Assembly: GCA_963806855.1 (NCBI GenBank)
Contig: CAWDYW010000003.1
Span: forward strand, 448,001 to 512,000
DNA length: 64,000 nt
Source of the DNA: an uncultured Verrucomicrobiae bacterium
GTDB taxonomy: Bacteria > Chlamydiota > Chlamydiia > Chlamydiales > Rhabdochlamydiaceae
Reading direction: 5' to 3'
Shown: positions 1 to 9,766 of the stretch, one piece after another
How the letters are laid out: each line of letters begins with the position of its first letter
How positions within the stretch are numbered: the first letter of the stretch is position 1
Notes under the pieces: generated by a model
Databases searched by the model: none
What the model saw: the letters and a program-made list of their open reading frames with translations, nothing else
What the model was told of the DNA's origin: nothing
Made by a program: the position numbers and the translations under genes

Positions 1-34
1 AGGCTATCGCTCTATCCAACTGAGCTACGGGGAC
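1..34 (-). tRNA. tRNA 5' half (probably tRNA-Arg), truncated by window edge
   Basis: Reverse complement reads GTCCCCGTAGCTCAGTTGGATAGAGCGATAGCCT: acceptor stem, D-arm (AGCTCAGTTGGATAGAGC, typical of Arg tRNAs) and start of anticodon arm; anticodon lies outside the window. Confidence 0.8.
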
Positions 35-75
35 ACATAAGGAAACAATTGTAAAGCTCTCAGGGAGATTAGTCA

Positions 76-1590
76 ATGAAAGAACAGGTGGCAGATATAG
101 GCCTCATCGGACTCGCGGTCATGGGCCAAAATTTAGTTTTAAACATGAACGACCATGGGTTTAAAGTCGCGGTCTTCAACCGAACCGTCTCCAAAGTGGA
201 TGATTTTTTGGCAGGGCCTGCCAAAAATAGCAATGTGGTGGGAGCCCACTCCCTCGAAGAGTTTTTCAAATTGCTCAAACGTCCCTGCAAAGTGATGTTC
301 ATGGTGAAAGCAGGTTCTCCTGTCGATGATCTGATCGACGAATGCCTCCCATTCCTCTCCAAAGGGGATATCGTCATCGACGGTGGGAATAGCCACTATC
401 CTGATACTGAACGGCGCGTCAAAATGCTAGCAGACAAAGGGATCCTCTTTGTCGGAACCGGCATTTCCGGAGGAGAAGAGGGAGCTCGCCATGGTCCGTC
501 GATCATGCCCGGCGGAAACGAGCAGGCATGGCCGCACATCAAGCCGATCTTTCAAGCGATCAGCGCCAAAGCCGAAGAGGATGGACTTCCTTGCTGCGAT
601 TGGGTTGGCAGCGGCGGCTCGGGTCACTATGTGAAAATGGTCCACAACGGGATTGAATATGGGGACATGCAGCTGATCTGCGAAGCCTTCCAACTACTGA
701 CAAACGTGACAAAATGCACCTATCCCGAGCTCCAGGAGATCTTTTCCGATTGGAATAAAGGGCAGCTCCACAGCTACCTCATCGAAATCACCAGCGAGAT
801 CTTGGGCCACAAAGAGAAAGATGGGGCCTTCACCCTCGATAAGATCCTCGACGTCGCCGGGCAAAAAGGGAAAGAAGAGACCTTCACCCTTGATAAGATC
901 CTCGACGTCGCTGGGCAAAAAGGGACCGGGAAATGGACCGGCATCAGCGCCCTCGATCTCGGCCTCCCTGTCACTATCATCGCCGAAGCAGTCTTTGCAA
1001 GGTGCCTCTCTGCACTCAAAGAAGAGCGAATGAAAATGTCCAAACTCTATGCTGGGCCCAAAATCCAATTCAGCGGCGACAAAAAGCAATTCATCGAAGA
1101 TGTGCGGCAAGCGCTCTACGCCTCGAAAATCATCAGCTACGCTCAAGGGTTCATGCTCATGCGGGCCGCAGCGAAGGAGTTCAATTGGAACCTCCACTTC
1201 GGCTCGATTGCCCTGATGTGGCGGGCAGGTTGCATCATCCGCAACCGCTTCCTCAACGACATCAAAAAAGCCTATGACAAAGATCCCGAGCTCGACAACT
1301 TGCTCTTCGACGACTTCTTCGTAAAAGAGATCACCGGCGCCGAAAAGCGCTGGCGTCGCACTGTCGCAACCGCCATCGAAGAGGGGATCCCCGCTCCCTG
1401 CTTTAGCACCGCGCTAGCCTTCTTTGATGGCTACCGGACAGAGCGGCTCCCGGCGAATTTGCTGCAAGCCCAACGAGACTTCTTCGGCGCCCACACCTAT
1501 GAGCGGGTCGATCAGCCTCGTGGAACATTTTTCCACACCAATTGGACAGGGACAGGGGGCTCAGTCACATCCAGCTCTTATAACGTATGA
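76..1590 (+). CDS. gnd: NADP-dependent 6-phosphogluconate dehydrogenase (decarboxylating), with an internal 18-aa tandem duplication
   Basis: GLIGLAVMG, IDGGNS, VKMVHNGIEY, QKGTGKW and QAQRDFFGAHTY motifs. Confidence 0.97.
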   Translation: MKEQVADIGLIGLAVMGQNLVLNMNDHGFKVAVFNRTVSKVDDFLAGPAKNSNVVGAHSLEEFFKLLKRPCKVMFMVKAGSPVDDLIDECLPFLSKGDIVIDGGNSHYPDTERRVKMLADKGILFVGTGISGGEEGARHGPSIMPGGNEQAWPHIKPIFQAISAKAEEDGLPCCDWVGSGGSGHYVKMVHNGIEYGDMQLICEAFQLLTNVTKCTYPELQEIFSDWNKGQLHSYLIEITSEILGHKEKDGAFTLDKILDVAGQKGKEETFTLDKILDVAGQKGTGKWTGISALDLGLPVTIIAEAVFARCLSALKEERMKMSKLYAGPKIQFSGDKKQFIEDVRQALYASKIISYAQGFMLMRAAAKEFNWNLHFGSIALMWRAGCIIRNRFLNDIKKAYDKDPELDNLLFDDFFVKEITGAEKRWRRTVATAIEEGIPAPCFSTALAFFDGYRTERLPANLLQAQRDFFGAHTYERVDQPRGTFFHTNWTGTGGSVTSSSYNV

Positions 1591-2303
1591 AGATAAAGAA
1601 AATTGCTTCAGCTGAGCGAGGGCTTACCCAAAACGATTGGTTGATCAGTCGTCATACTTTCGCTTTCGGCCAGTACTTCAATTTAGAGCGGCTCAATTTC
1701 GGCACCCTGCGCGTCTTCAACGACGATTTCATCAAACCTGGCCACGGATTTGGGATGCATCCCCATGACAACATGGAGATCATCACCATCGTCCTCGAAG
1801 GGACCCTCGAGCACAAAGACAGCGTCGGCAACCACGGCCTGATCAAACCCCACGATGTGCAGCGGATGACAGCCGGCAAAGGGATCAAGCACTCCGAGGT
1901 GAATCCCTCGAAAGAGGAGAAAGTCCATCTGCTCCAAATCTGGGTCTATCCCGATCGGCGCGATCTCGAGCCCGGCTATGAGCAAAAAACCTTCAACCCC
2001 GAAAGCTTTAAAAACGTTCTGTACCCCATCGTCGGCCCCGAGCAGGGCCAACCCTCAATCTTCATCCACCAAGATGCGAAATTCTTCCTCGGCTACCTCG
2101 ACGAAGGGATAACCCTACAGCACACCCCCCGCACCTCAAAGCATGGCGATCACCTCTTCGTCATCGAAGGCAAAGTGGAAGTGGGCGGCCAAACCTTAAA
2201 AGCCGGCGACTCTGCCCAAATCACCGGTGGGGAAGTGGTGGAGTTGAAAGCCCTCGAGGCCTCAAAAGTGCTTTTGATCGAAGTCAATGTGAATACACTT
2301 TAA
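1587..2303 (+). CDS. Pirin-family (YhhW-like) cupin protein
   Basis: SRHTF, GFGMHPHDNMEI, HKDS, MTAGKGIKHSE and LLQIW motifs; ATGA-type overlap with gnd. Confidence 0.9.
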   Translation: MKIKKIASAERGLTQNDWLISRHTFAFGQYFNLERLNFGTLRVFNDDFIKPGHGFGMHPHDNMEIITIVLEGTLEHKDSVGNHGLIKPHDVQRMTAGKGIKHSEVNPSKEEKVHLLQIWVYPDRRDLEPGYEQKTFNPESFKNVLYPIVGPEQGQPSIFIHQDAKFFLGYLDEGITLQHTPRTSKHGDHLFVIEGKVEVGGQTLKAGDSAQITGGEVVELKALEASKVLLIEVNVNTL

Positions 2304-2331
2304 TCTGGAATTAAGGAAATAAATACTTTTC

Positions 2332-2748
2332 TTAGTCGCCTCGGACTTTAATAACAAATTCAATGGTCGATTCTTTTAAGATGTTATAATCTGCGAATTT
2401 GCTATCAAACTCTAATTGGTGTCCATGGAATAGCAATCTGATGTCTCTTTCTGCCCAACCCTTCTTAACTAATTCATTGACCAGAACTTTAATCCTATCC
2501 TTTTGGAAGACTTCAAAGGACAGTTTCATTCCCGAAAGTCCTTTTACAAAAATAGTCATGTGTTCTCCTCGATCAAATAGCGATTGCGCTCCTTCTACAC
2601 AACGACAACAAAGATTTATAAAAAAGATAGTGGCGATTGAAGCTACTATGCCCCCAACAATAACAATCTGTGGTTTATTTACACTAATCGATTCTGGAAT
2701 AGAAGCCCATAGGGAGCTTAAGAAAGTGGAATTTGTAATTTTTTTCAT
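2332..2748 (-). CDS. Membrane-anchored eukaryote-like ubiquitin-domain protein ending in RGD
   Basis: Residues 64-138 (MTIFVKGLSG...RLLFHGHQLE...DYNILKEST...VRGD) align by eye with ubiquitin; hydrophobic segment and CCRC upstream. Confidence 0.85.
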   Translation of the reverse strand: MKKITNSTFLSSLWASIPESISVNKPQIVIVGGIVASIATIFFINLCCRCVEGAQSLFDRGEHMTIFVKGLSGMKLSFEVFQKDRIKVLVNELVKKGWAERDIRLLFHGHQLEFDSKFADYNILKESTIEFVIKVRGD

Positions 2749-2825
2749 AATATTTTATCTCCTCAATTGAGAGGGACAATAAAACTAAAAGAGAATGAAT
2801 CCACGCAAGGGAATATGCAAATGCT

Positions 2826-3950
2826 TTAGCTTTGGGCTTGAGAGGGTACTTTTTGATAGTGGATCATGACAGCTTGTTCTATCATTTTTGTGGCCTTATC
2901 TAAGGAAATTGGTTGGGCACTTGAATCACTCATTTTCCACCAGCTTCCAGCTTTGTATACATAAGCAACATAGTGGCCATAGTTTACTGAATCGCCTTCA
3001 TGACAGATAAAACCATCAGGATAATAAAGAGTATCTTTTCCAATATGATCTCCATTAAGCGAAACTTCCATGGCTCCCTTTATTTCCATCTTTTTTTTCG
3101 CTTGATCATCACCTCCACGATGTACTGCAATGCAAAAATCATCAGGGATTCTATCTAGATCACGGATTGTTTTCCTCAGTTCACCAGAAGAGAGATTCTC
3201 TGAAGTATAAAAATGTTGATCTAGCCCTTCAGATAATGTAGGCACAATTTCAGTCTCTGGGAAAGCAAAATTCAAATAATAGCACGCTGATGACGTGGAG
3301 AGATTTGTTTTTTGAGCTTTATTGACGAGGACCGAATTTTCAATTTCTTTAGCGACGAAATAGCCTGATTTTTTGAGCACTGGAAGAAGAAAATAAAATG
3401 GGTCATCATGAACTGAAGGAGATGGGTCAATAGAAGGATCATTCTTACTTAACCATTCTCTTAGAATCTGAGAATCAACCTTTTCACCATTTGTATAGAT
3501 CTCAAATGCAGAGTAAAGCTCAGATAGTTCTGATTCTTTGCTTAAATTCTCCATCACTTTTCTAAAAGCTGGGACATTGAAAAAAAGCTGCAATGAAGCA
3601 TTAATCCAGCAATTACCACCTCTTGGGTTAGCAATGCCGATAGGGGGCGTGTCATCGAGGCTTTGCGCTTTCACTAGTTCTGGCGCTTTAACTTCCATCT
3701 TTGGTTCAGTGGAATTGAGCAATAGGACACCGAGAGCGATGGGGGTGATCGGGGAGGCGGCGGCGATCATTGGATTGAAGGCGAAGGCGAGGTAGATTGA
3801 GGAGCAGGCGAGGGCGAGCCCAATTCCGATGAGCATATAGCTGAGGACCACTTTGGCATAAACTTTCCAATCGGTGCTGGAAAGCTCTTGGCCTTGGGGC
3901 GCTGCCATCGCAGAAACTTGAGTAGCTGATGTGACTGGACCTAGTTCCAT
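2826..3950 (-). CDS. USP/UCH (peptidase C19) deubiquitinase-like protein with N-terminal hydrophobic hairpin
   Basis: Cys box GIANPRGGNCWINASLQ; His box GFICHEG...GHYVAYV...WWKMSDS; about 45-aa bilobed hydrophobic region near the N-terminus. Confidence 0.85.
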   Translation of the reverse strand: MELGPVTSATQVSAMAAPQGQELSSTDWKVYAKVVLSYMLIGIGLALACSSIYLAFAFNPMIAAASPITPIALGVLLLNSTEPKMEVKAPELVKAQSLDDTPPIGIANPRGGNCWINASLQLFFNVPAFRKVMENLSKESELSELYSAFEIYTNGEKVDSQILREWLSKNDPSIDPSPSVHDDPFYFLLPVLKKSGYFVAKEIENSVLVNKAQKTNLSTSSACYYLNFAFPETEIVPTLSEGLDQHFYTSENLSSGELRKTIRDLDRIPDDFCIAVHRGGDDQAKKKMEIKGAMEVSLNGDHIGKDTLYYPDGFICHEGDSVNYGHYVAYVYKAGSWWKMSDSSAQPISLDKATKMIEQAVMIHYQKVPSQAQS

Positions 3951-4044
3951 ACCATTTGCCTACTTTGCTTTTGAAAAATTCTATCACAAAAAAGATTATT
4001 TGTGTCCTTGAAAACATCCTTCGGATGCAGTATTCTCGGAGTCT

Positions 4045-5850
4045 ATGCACGAATACAATCGTAAGAACATCAGAAATTTTTCTATTATCGCCCATATTGA
4101 CCACGGTAAGTCTACTATCGCCGACCGGCTGCTCGAGCTGACTCGGACCCTTTCGTCGAGGGAAATGGTCGAGCAGGTGCTCGATGATATGGACCTGGAA
4201 CGGGAGCGGGGCATTACGATTAAGGCCCACCCGGTGACGATGTGGTATAACGCCGAAGATGGGGAAGAGTATCAAATTAATTTTATCGATACTCCCGGGC
4301 ACGTCGATTTTTCTTATGAGGTTTCACGGTCGCTGGCTGCTTGCGAAGGGGCGTTGCTCGTGGTCGATGCGGTCCAGGGGGTGCAGGCGCAGAGCTTGGC
4401 CAACGTCCACTTGGCGCTCGAAAGGGGGCTGACGATTGTGCCGGTCATCAATAAGGTCGATCTACCGGCCGCCGATCCTGAAGGGGTGAAGCAGCAAATC
4501 GAGGATGTGATCGGCATCGATACCACCAATAGCGTATTGGCGTCGGCTAAGACCGGGAAGGGGATTAAAGAGGTACTCGAGCACATTCTGCATGAGGTGC
4601 CGGCACCGGACGAGCCTAAAGATGACATTTTACGGGCGCTGGTCTTTGACTCCCACTATGATCCCTATCGAGGGGTAATGGTCTATATCCGGGTCATGAG
4701 CGGCGAGGTTACGAAGAAGAGCCAAGTTTATTTTATGGCTTCGGACAAAACGTTTGAAGTGCTCGAGGTGGGGGTTTTTTCTCCCAATGAGAAGCCTGTT
4801 GATAGTCTCCGCCCTGGCGAGGTGGGCTATATCGCCTGCAACATCAAGAATACGAGCGATGTCAAGGTTGGAGAGACCGTTACCCTTAAAAAATATCCTG
4901 CAGCTGAGCCTCTGCCGGGCTTTAGGCTGATCTCCCCAGTGGTTTTCGCCGGGATATATCCGGTGGATAGCTCGGATTTCGAGGCAGTGCGGGATGCATT
5001 GGCTAAACTACAACTCAACGATTCGGCCCTCTATGTCGAGCAGGAGAGCAGCTTGGCCCTGGGCTTTGGCTTCCGCTGCGGCTTTTTGGGGCTATTGCAT
5101 TTAGAAATTGTTTTTGAGCGGCTGCAGAGGGAATTTGACCTCGATATCATCACCACCGCTCCGAGCGTGGTCTATAAGTTTACTCTGACATCGGGCGAAG
5201 AGAAGAAGATTGATAACGTGGCCCAATATCCTGATCCTGTTTTGATCGATTTCGTCGAGGAGCCTTGGGTGAAGTGTCGCATCATGGCCCCATCTGAGTA
5301 TTTGGGTGCGATCATGAGTCTTGGGATGGAGAAGCGGGGAGAGCAGCTCAATACCGAGACGATGGATGCGAGGCGTCTGTTGATGACCTATCGTTTGCCG
5401 CTCAACGAAATTATAACCGATTTTAACGACAAGCTCAAATCGGCCACCCGCGGATATGGCTCGTTTGATTATGAATTTGAAAAGTATGACATTTCGGATA
5501 TCGTCAAGCTCGAAATCCGGGTCAACGAGGAGCCTGTCGATGCTTTCTCATGTCTGGTGCACCGCAGTAAGGCCGAAGGCAAAGGGCGGGCGCTCTGCAA
5601 GAAATTAGTTGAGGTAATCCCTCGTCAACAGTTCAAAGTCCCTGTTCAGGCAGCGATCGGCGGAAAAGTCATTGCCCGCGAAACGATCGGCGCTCTGTCT
5701 AAAAACGTCACGGCCAAGTGCTATGGCGGCGATATTTCCCGTAAGCGCAAGCTTTGGGAAAAGCAGAAGAAGGGTAAGAAGAAGATGAAAGAGATCGGGA
5801 AGGTCAATATCCCGCAGTCCGCTTTCATGGATGTCCTCAAAGCAGAATAG
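4045..5850 (+). CDS. lepA: Translation elongation factor 4
   Basis: [35 protein letters not shown] and [13 protein letters not shown] motifs. Confidence 0.98.
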   Translation: MHEYNRKNIRNFSIIAHIDHGKSTIADRLLELTRTLSSREMVEQVLDDMDLERERGITIKAHPVTMWYNAEDGEEYQINFIDTPGHVDFSYEVSRSLAACEGALLVVDAVQGVQAQSLANVHLALERGLTIVPVINKVDLPAADPEGVKQQIEDVIGIDTTNSVLASAKTGKGIKEVLEHILHEVPAPDEPKDDILRALVFDSHYDPYRGVMVYIRVMSGEVTKKSQVYFMASDKTFEVLEVGVFSPNEKPVDSLRPGEVGYIACNIKNTSDVKVGETVTLKKYPAAEPLPGFRLISPVVFAGIYPVDSSDFEAVRDALAKLQLNDSALYVEQESSLALGFGFRCGFLGLLHLEIVFERLQREFDLDIITTAPSVVYKFTLTSGEEKKIDNVAQYPDPVLIDFVEEPWVKCRIMAPSEYLGAIMSLGMEKRGEQLNTETMDARRLLMTYRLPLNEIITDFNDKLKSATRGYGSFDYEFEKYDISDIVKLEIRVNEEPVDAFSCLVHRSKAEGKGRALCKKLVEVIPRQQFKVPVQAAIGGKVIARETIGALSKNVTAKCYGGDISRKRKLWEKQKKGKKKMKEIGKVNIPQSAFMDVLKAE

Positions 5851-5882
5851 AGATCACTGATTCATTAGACCTCTTGCATAAC

Positions 5883-7553
5883 TTAGGGTGTCTTTAAAAC
5901 GGAACGGGTATAGACCCTGATCTGTTCTAACTGATCTCGTTCCCATTCATTCCAGAGACCCAAGAGAGTTTCTTCAGGAATTTTGGCGGTATCCGAGCAG
6001 AAATTCTCCATCAGTTTTAGTAAAAAGGCATTTGTCCTCAAGGCCAGCTCAATTGTGGATATCAGACCCGCTCTCGCAGGCAACGATTTAATCCATTGGT
6101 CAAACTTTTCTGTTAGACATGGAAGGCGTTTGGAGAGAAGTTCCTTCATATCAAGGCTGTCTTGCACAATTTTGGGAATCATTCGCATTGGTATCATGTA
6201 CTGACCGGAAGACGCATCCGATGCTATTGCAGTTTCTGCAGCAGTTTTCAAGAGCCTTTCCCCAATCGTTGAAGAAATCGTTCCATCAAAAATCATAAGA
6301 AAAATCACCGATGGAGTCTGTAAAATATAGCGGAATTGTTCACCGATGCAGAGTTCATCAAAGGAACATGTCCGTTCATGGACTTTTTCTATACAGAGAT
6401 AAAGATCCTCAATTCGATGCTTCTTGATAAAAGCTCTCACCTCTTTAGGCCTTAATTCAACGTAAGGACAAAAAAGCTTAAAAGGCGGGTTAAATCCATA
6501 ATTCCAACAAATCTCCTCTCCTGCCTTGATATCACACGCTGCTGCAAAGAGATCGCGAGTCGATAGTCCTGCGACTCCTCGTCCCGGAACTAAGATCGCG
6601 TTAGGAAACCCATCGTTAATGCAAGGAACCTCATTTCGATACATAAGAGCATCGATGCCTGTTCCATCCGGATCTCCAAGCGTAAAGGAGTTTAATTTGA
6701 GAAAGCTTCTAAAGAACCCCTTATATTCACCAATCATGGCGCCTTTCTGATGATCACAACTTGAATAAAGACCCAGCCCCGGCGAAGAGACCAGTTTACG
6801 GTCTTGTGAATCATGCGTTACAGGTTTAAGCCAATGAATCGGCGGATTCTTACAAAAATCCCGATACCGTCTTACATATTCCTGCTCGCAGGGAAACTCG
6901 TATTCGGGCGCCTTGCTATCTTCCCACTCGCTCAGCATCATCATTGGGATCAGATGAGTCTCATGGACAAATACCGCGCCGGTCATTTGTTTAAATTCTC
7001 CATGGGTTAGCAGTGTTTTGCCATCCTTTCCCAAAAGAGGAATGGGAGTCGAATTATCTTTTTCTACGGGCTCCAAGCACCTCGCAACATCCCTAAAAGT
7101 CCCTCCCGTGAGAGATACGCAATTTTGGTCGGCTCCCGCTCCTACTAAAAGATCAATATGAGTGGCTCTCCCTAGCAGCGCCGCAAAATGCAGAGCCGTC
7201 CATCCCTTTGCATCCTGGGCATCCAGACCTGATTTTGCAGCACTTAGGGCTTTCAAAGCTTCATCATTACCGGTAATAACAGCCGCATGCAGAGCCGTCC
7301 ATTTATGTTCAGGACTAGGTTTAGCGCCTAATTTCTCTCCATGCAATTTGATCCCCAGAAGCATCACATATTCGATGCGGTGGATGATGGCATAACAAAG
7401 ATCATAGACTGAGACCTCGCCAAAATCATCATCGGAACCTAAGACATGATCGATGCCTCTATCTATATCTTGTGATAACCACTGATTTAGTAATAAACCG
7501 ACTTGAGCAACCATATAAGGATGCAGTTTCAACCAGAGATGGATATTTTTCAA
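5883..7553 (-). CDS. Ankyrin-repeat plus SET-domain protein (putative effector methyltransferase)
   Basis: WTALHAA and GWTALHFAA ankyrin repeats; GLGLYS...IGEYKG, INDGFPN and DIKAGEEICWNYG SET motifs. Confidence 0.75.
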   Translation of the reverse strand: MKNIHLWLKLHPYMVAQVGLLLNQWLSQDIDRGIDHVLGSDDDFGEVSVYDLCYAIIHRIEYVMLLGIKLHGEKLGAKPSPEHKWTALHAAVITGNDEALKALSAAKSGLDAQDAKGWTALHFAALLGRATHIDLLVGAGADQNCVSLTGGTFRDVARCLEPVEKDNSTPIPLLGKDGKTLLTHGEFKQMTGAVFVHETHLIPMMMLSEWEDSKAPEYEFPCEQEYVRRYRDFCKNPPIHWLKPVTHDSQDRKLVSSPGLGLYSSCDHQKGAMIGEYKGFFRSFLKLNSFTLGDPDGTGIDALMYRNEVPCINDGFPNAILVPGRGVAGLSTRDLFAAACDIKAGEEICWNYGFNPPFKLFCPYVELRPKEVRAFIKKHRIEDLYLCIEKVHERTCSFDELCIGEQFRYILQTPSVIFLMIFDGTISSTIGERLLKTAAETAIASDASSGQYMIPMRMIPKIVQDSLDMKELLSKRLPCLTEKFDQWIKSLPARAGLISTIELALRTNAFLLKLMENFCSDTAKIPEETLLGLWNEWERDQLEQIRVYTRSVLKTP

Positions 7554-7559
7554 TGGGAT

Positions 7560-7913
7560 CTATTTTTTTAGGGATGTTGCTTTTGCTTTTTTTATCCACA
7601 TAGGCAGCTGCTTGGGATCGTTCAGAATTTTTTCCGGAAGCATCATATAAGGCATAACTGCAGGCCTGTTTTTTCCTTCAAAGACCAAAGGCTCCGATTT
7701 ATACGTCTCAAAATCTTTTTTATTCGACGCATCGACGCGGAAATAAAGTTTTCCATATACGAGCGTTGCGAAAATGGTCTTCTCCCAATAGATGCCATAG
7801 CCGCCGAACATCGCCCGCGCGGTTATTGGGCCATGCGGAATGAGGCGCTCTAAAATGTATTCTAACCGTTTTTTGATTTCTTCTTTCATGGAGGTATCCC
7901 GATTTTTTGCCAA
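7560..7913 (-). CDS. TfoX/Sxy N-terminal domain protein
   Basis: ITARAMFGGYGIY...LYFRVD...MPY motif set. Confidence 0.85.
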   Translation of the reverse strand: MAKNRDTSMKEEIKKRLEYILERLIPHGPITARAMFGGYGIYWEKTIFATLVYGKLYFRVDASNKKDFETYKSEPLVFEGKNRPAVMPYMMLPEKILNDPKQLPMWIKKAKATSLKK

Positions 7914-8113
7914 GCCAAAGCAATTTTACATTACTGATCAATATTCGGAGAACTTCTTTCTAGAAATCCTCGCTCAAGACTCTCTATGATGGGATCAAAT
8001 TCATCATCATTTCGGTGACTGAAATAAGTGAGCCTGCTAAAAAGGGAAGCTGAAAATTTTATCCTATAACGCCGTAAAACAAGGCCCTTTAGGGCCGTGA
8101 TGTAAGGCGCCGT

Positions 8114-8530
8114 TTAGTCTGGGGTATTCTGTTGTTCAATATACTGTCTAATGATCGATATTGGGGCTCCACCGCAAGAGCCTGCAAAATAACTTGGCGA
8201 CCATAGGGCATTTCCCCATAGATATTTTGTAATAGATGGGTAGTTCTTCTTGCGGATCATCCTCGAAGATACCCCTTTTAATGAGTTTACAAGTTTTGAG
8301 ACCGATACTTTAGGTGGATAGTTGATCAATAGATGAACATGGTCTTTTTCGCCATCAAATTCTATCAGAACAGCTTCAAAGTCAGAGCAGACACTCTCAA
8401 AGGTCTTCCTCAGATCAGATAGAATGGACTTAGTGAAGACACATCTTCTGTATTTTGTAACAAAGACCAAATGCACATGCAGAGCAAAAACACAGGATCT
8501 ACCTCTTCTCAAATCTGTTGACTTTAACAT
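8114..8530 (-). CDS. tnpA: IS200/IS605 Y1 (HUH) transposase
   Basis: HLVFVTKYRR, DHVHLL (HUH), LWSPSYF and YIEQQ catalytic Tyr. Confidence 0.95.
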   Translation of the reverse strand: MLKSTDLRRGRSCVFALHVHLVFVTKYRRCVFTKSILSDLRKTFESVCSDFEAVLIEFDGEKDHVHLLINYPPKVSVSKLVNSLKGVSSRMIRKKNYPSITKYLWGNALWSPSYFAGSCGGAPISIIRQYIEQQNTPD

Positions 8531-8553
8531 GGGCCAAATTTAAAATTTAAACC

Positions 8554-9741
8554 ATGATCTTAAAAAGGGCATTCAAATTCAAGCTAAACCCTACTTTGTT
8601 GCAATATGAAATGTTCTTACGCTTTGCCGGGGCTCGTCGTTTTGTATTTAATCGAGGACTAGATGAGCGACAAAAAGCCTATGAAGCTACTGGAAAAGGC
8701 CCTTCTTATTTCGAACAAAACAAAGAACTAACCCGATTAAAAGAAACAGAGGAGACTTCTTGGTTGAAGGAAATCCATAGCCAGGTGCTTCAACAAGGGC
8801 TTAAGGATCTCGATAGAGCATTTCAGAACTTTTTTGTAAGAGTAAAGAAAGGGAAGAAGCCGGGGTATCCAAATTTTAAAAAGAAAGGGATGAATGAGAG
8901 CTTCCGATTCCCACAAGGAGTCAAAGTTGAAAATTCCAAGGTCTATTTACCCAAAATCGGATGGGTGAAATTTCGAAAATCGCGAGATATCCAAGGAGAG
9001 ATCAAAGAGACAACCATCCTGCAAGAGGGAACCGATTGGGTTATCTCATTCTCATGTGAATGGGAAAAGGTACTCCCAAAGAAAGCGCCTATAGATGAAG
9101 AGCGGGCGATAGGGATCGATGTAGGGATAGAACATTTCGCTACTACGGCAGCTGGAAAGGAAAACAGAGCAGAAGAGATTGAAAATCCAAAGTTTTTGAG
9201 AAAAAAGCTATCCCATCTTCGATATCTCTCAAGACAATTATCCAGGAAAACCCCAAAAGGAAAAAATAGACTCAAGGCCAGACTAAAAGTCTCCAAGTTA
9301 CATGCCAGCATCAAGAACCTCAGAAATGATTTTGTACAACAACTCTCAGCAAAGATGGTCAAAACCCACGACATCTTTTGCATTGAGAGCCTAGATATTT
9401 CCAGCCTACTTGAGAAGAGCCCAAAAGGACTTTCCCGAGCGATTTCAGATGCGGGCTGGGGAAGTTTTTTGCACTGCCTTAAATACAAAATTGAAGAGCA
9501 CGGAAAACACCTTGTAGCAGTAGACAGGTATTTTCCAAGCAGTCAAATTTGTGCGGCATGTGATAGTCGGCAAAAGATGCCCCTCTCTATCCGGGAGTAT
9601 CATTGTCCAAATTGCGGAGTAAAGAATGCCCGTGATTACAACAGTGCGATAGTTCTAAAGGCCGCCGGAATGTCGGTCTTAAAAGCCTGTGGAGCTGCCC
9701 TCGTTGGAGGGAGCGTTGAAGCAGGAATCTCTCGACTTTAG
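8554..9741 (+). CDS. tnpB: TnpB RNA-guided endonuclease
   Basis: AFKFKL, RFVFN, RuvC GIDVG / IESL / RDYNSA, Zn finger CAAC...CPNC; catalytic residues appear intact. Confidence 0.95.
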   Translation: MILKRAFKFKLNPTLLQYEMFLRFAGARRFVFNRGLDERQKAYEATGKGPSYFEQNKELTRLKETEETSWLKEIHSQVLQQGLKDLDRAFQNFFVRVKKGKKPGYPNFKKKGMNESFRFPQGVKVENSKVYLPKIGWVKFRKSRDIQGEIKETTILQEGTDWVISFSCEWEKVLPKKAPIDEERAIGIDVGIEHFATTAAGKENRAEEIENPKFLRKKLSHLRYLSRQLSRKTPKGKNRLKARLKVSKLHASIKNLRNDFVQQLSAKMVKTHDIFCIESLDISSLLEKSPKGLSRAISDAGWGSFLHCLKYKIEEHGKHLVAVDRYFPSSQICAACDSRQKMPLSIREYHCPNCGVKNARDYNSAIVLKAAGMSVLKACGAALVGGSVEAGISRL

Positions 9742-9766
9742 TCGGGAGAGGTTCAATGGAGAAAAT

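Larger units (their letters stand above)
8068..9756. mobile_element. IS200/IS605-family insertion sequence (divergent tnpA and tnpB)
   Basis: Left-end hairpin GGCCCTTTAGGGCC near 8083-8096; right-end hairpin CTCTCGACTTTAGTCGGGAG followed by TCAA at 9753-9756; left boundary is approximate. Confidence 0.85.

Noticed and set aside
5866..5882. TAGACCTCTTGCATAAC, resembling one end of a palindromic element
   Set aside because: No partner arm nearby; too short to call
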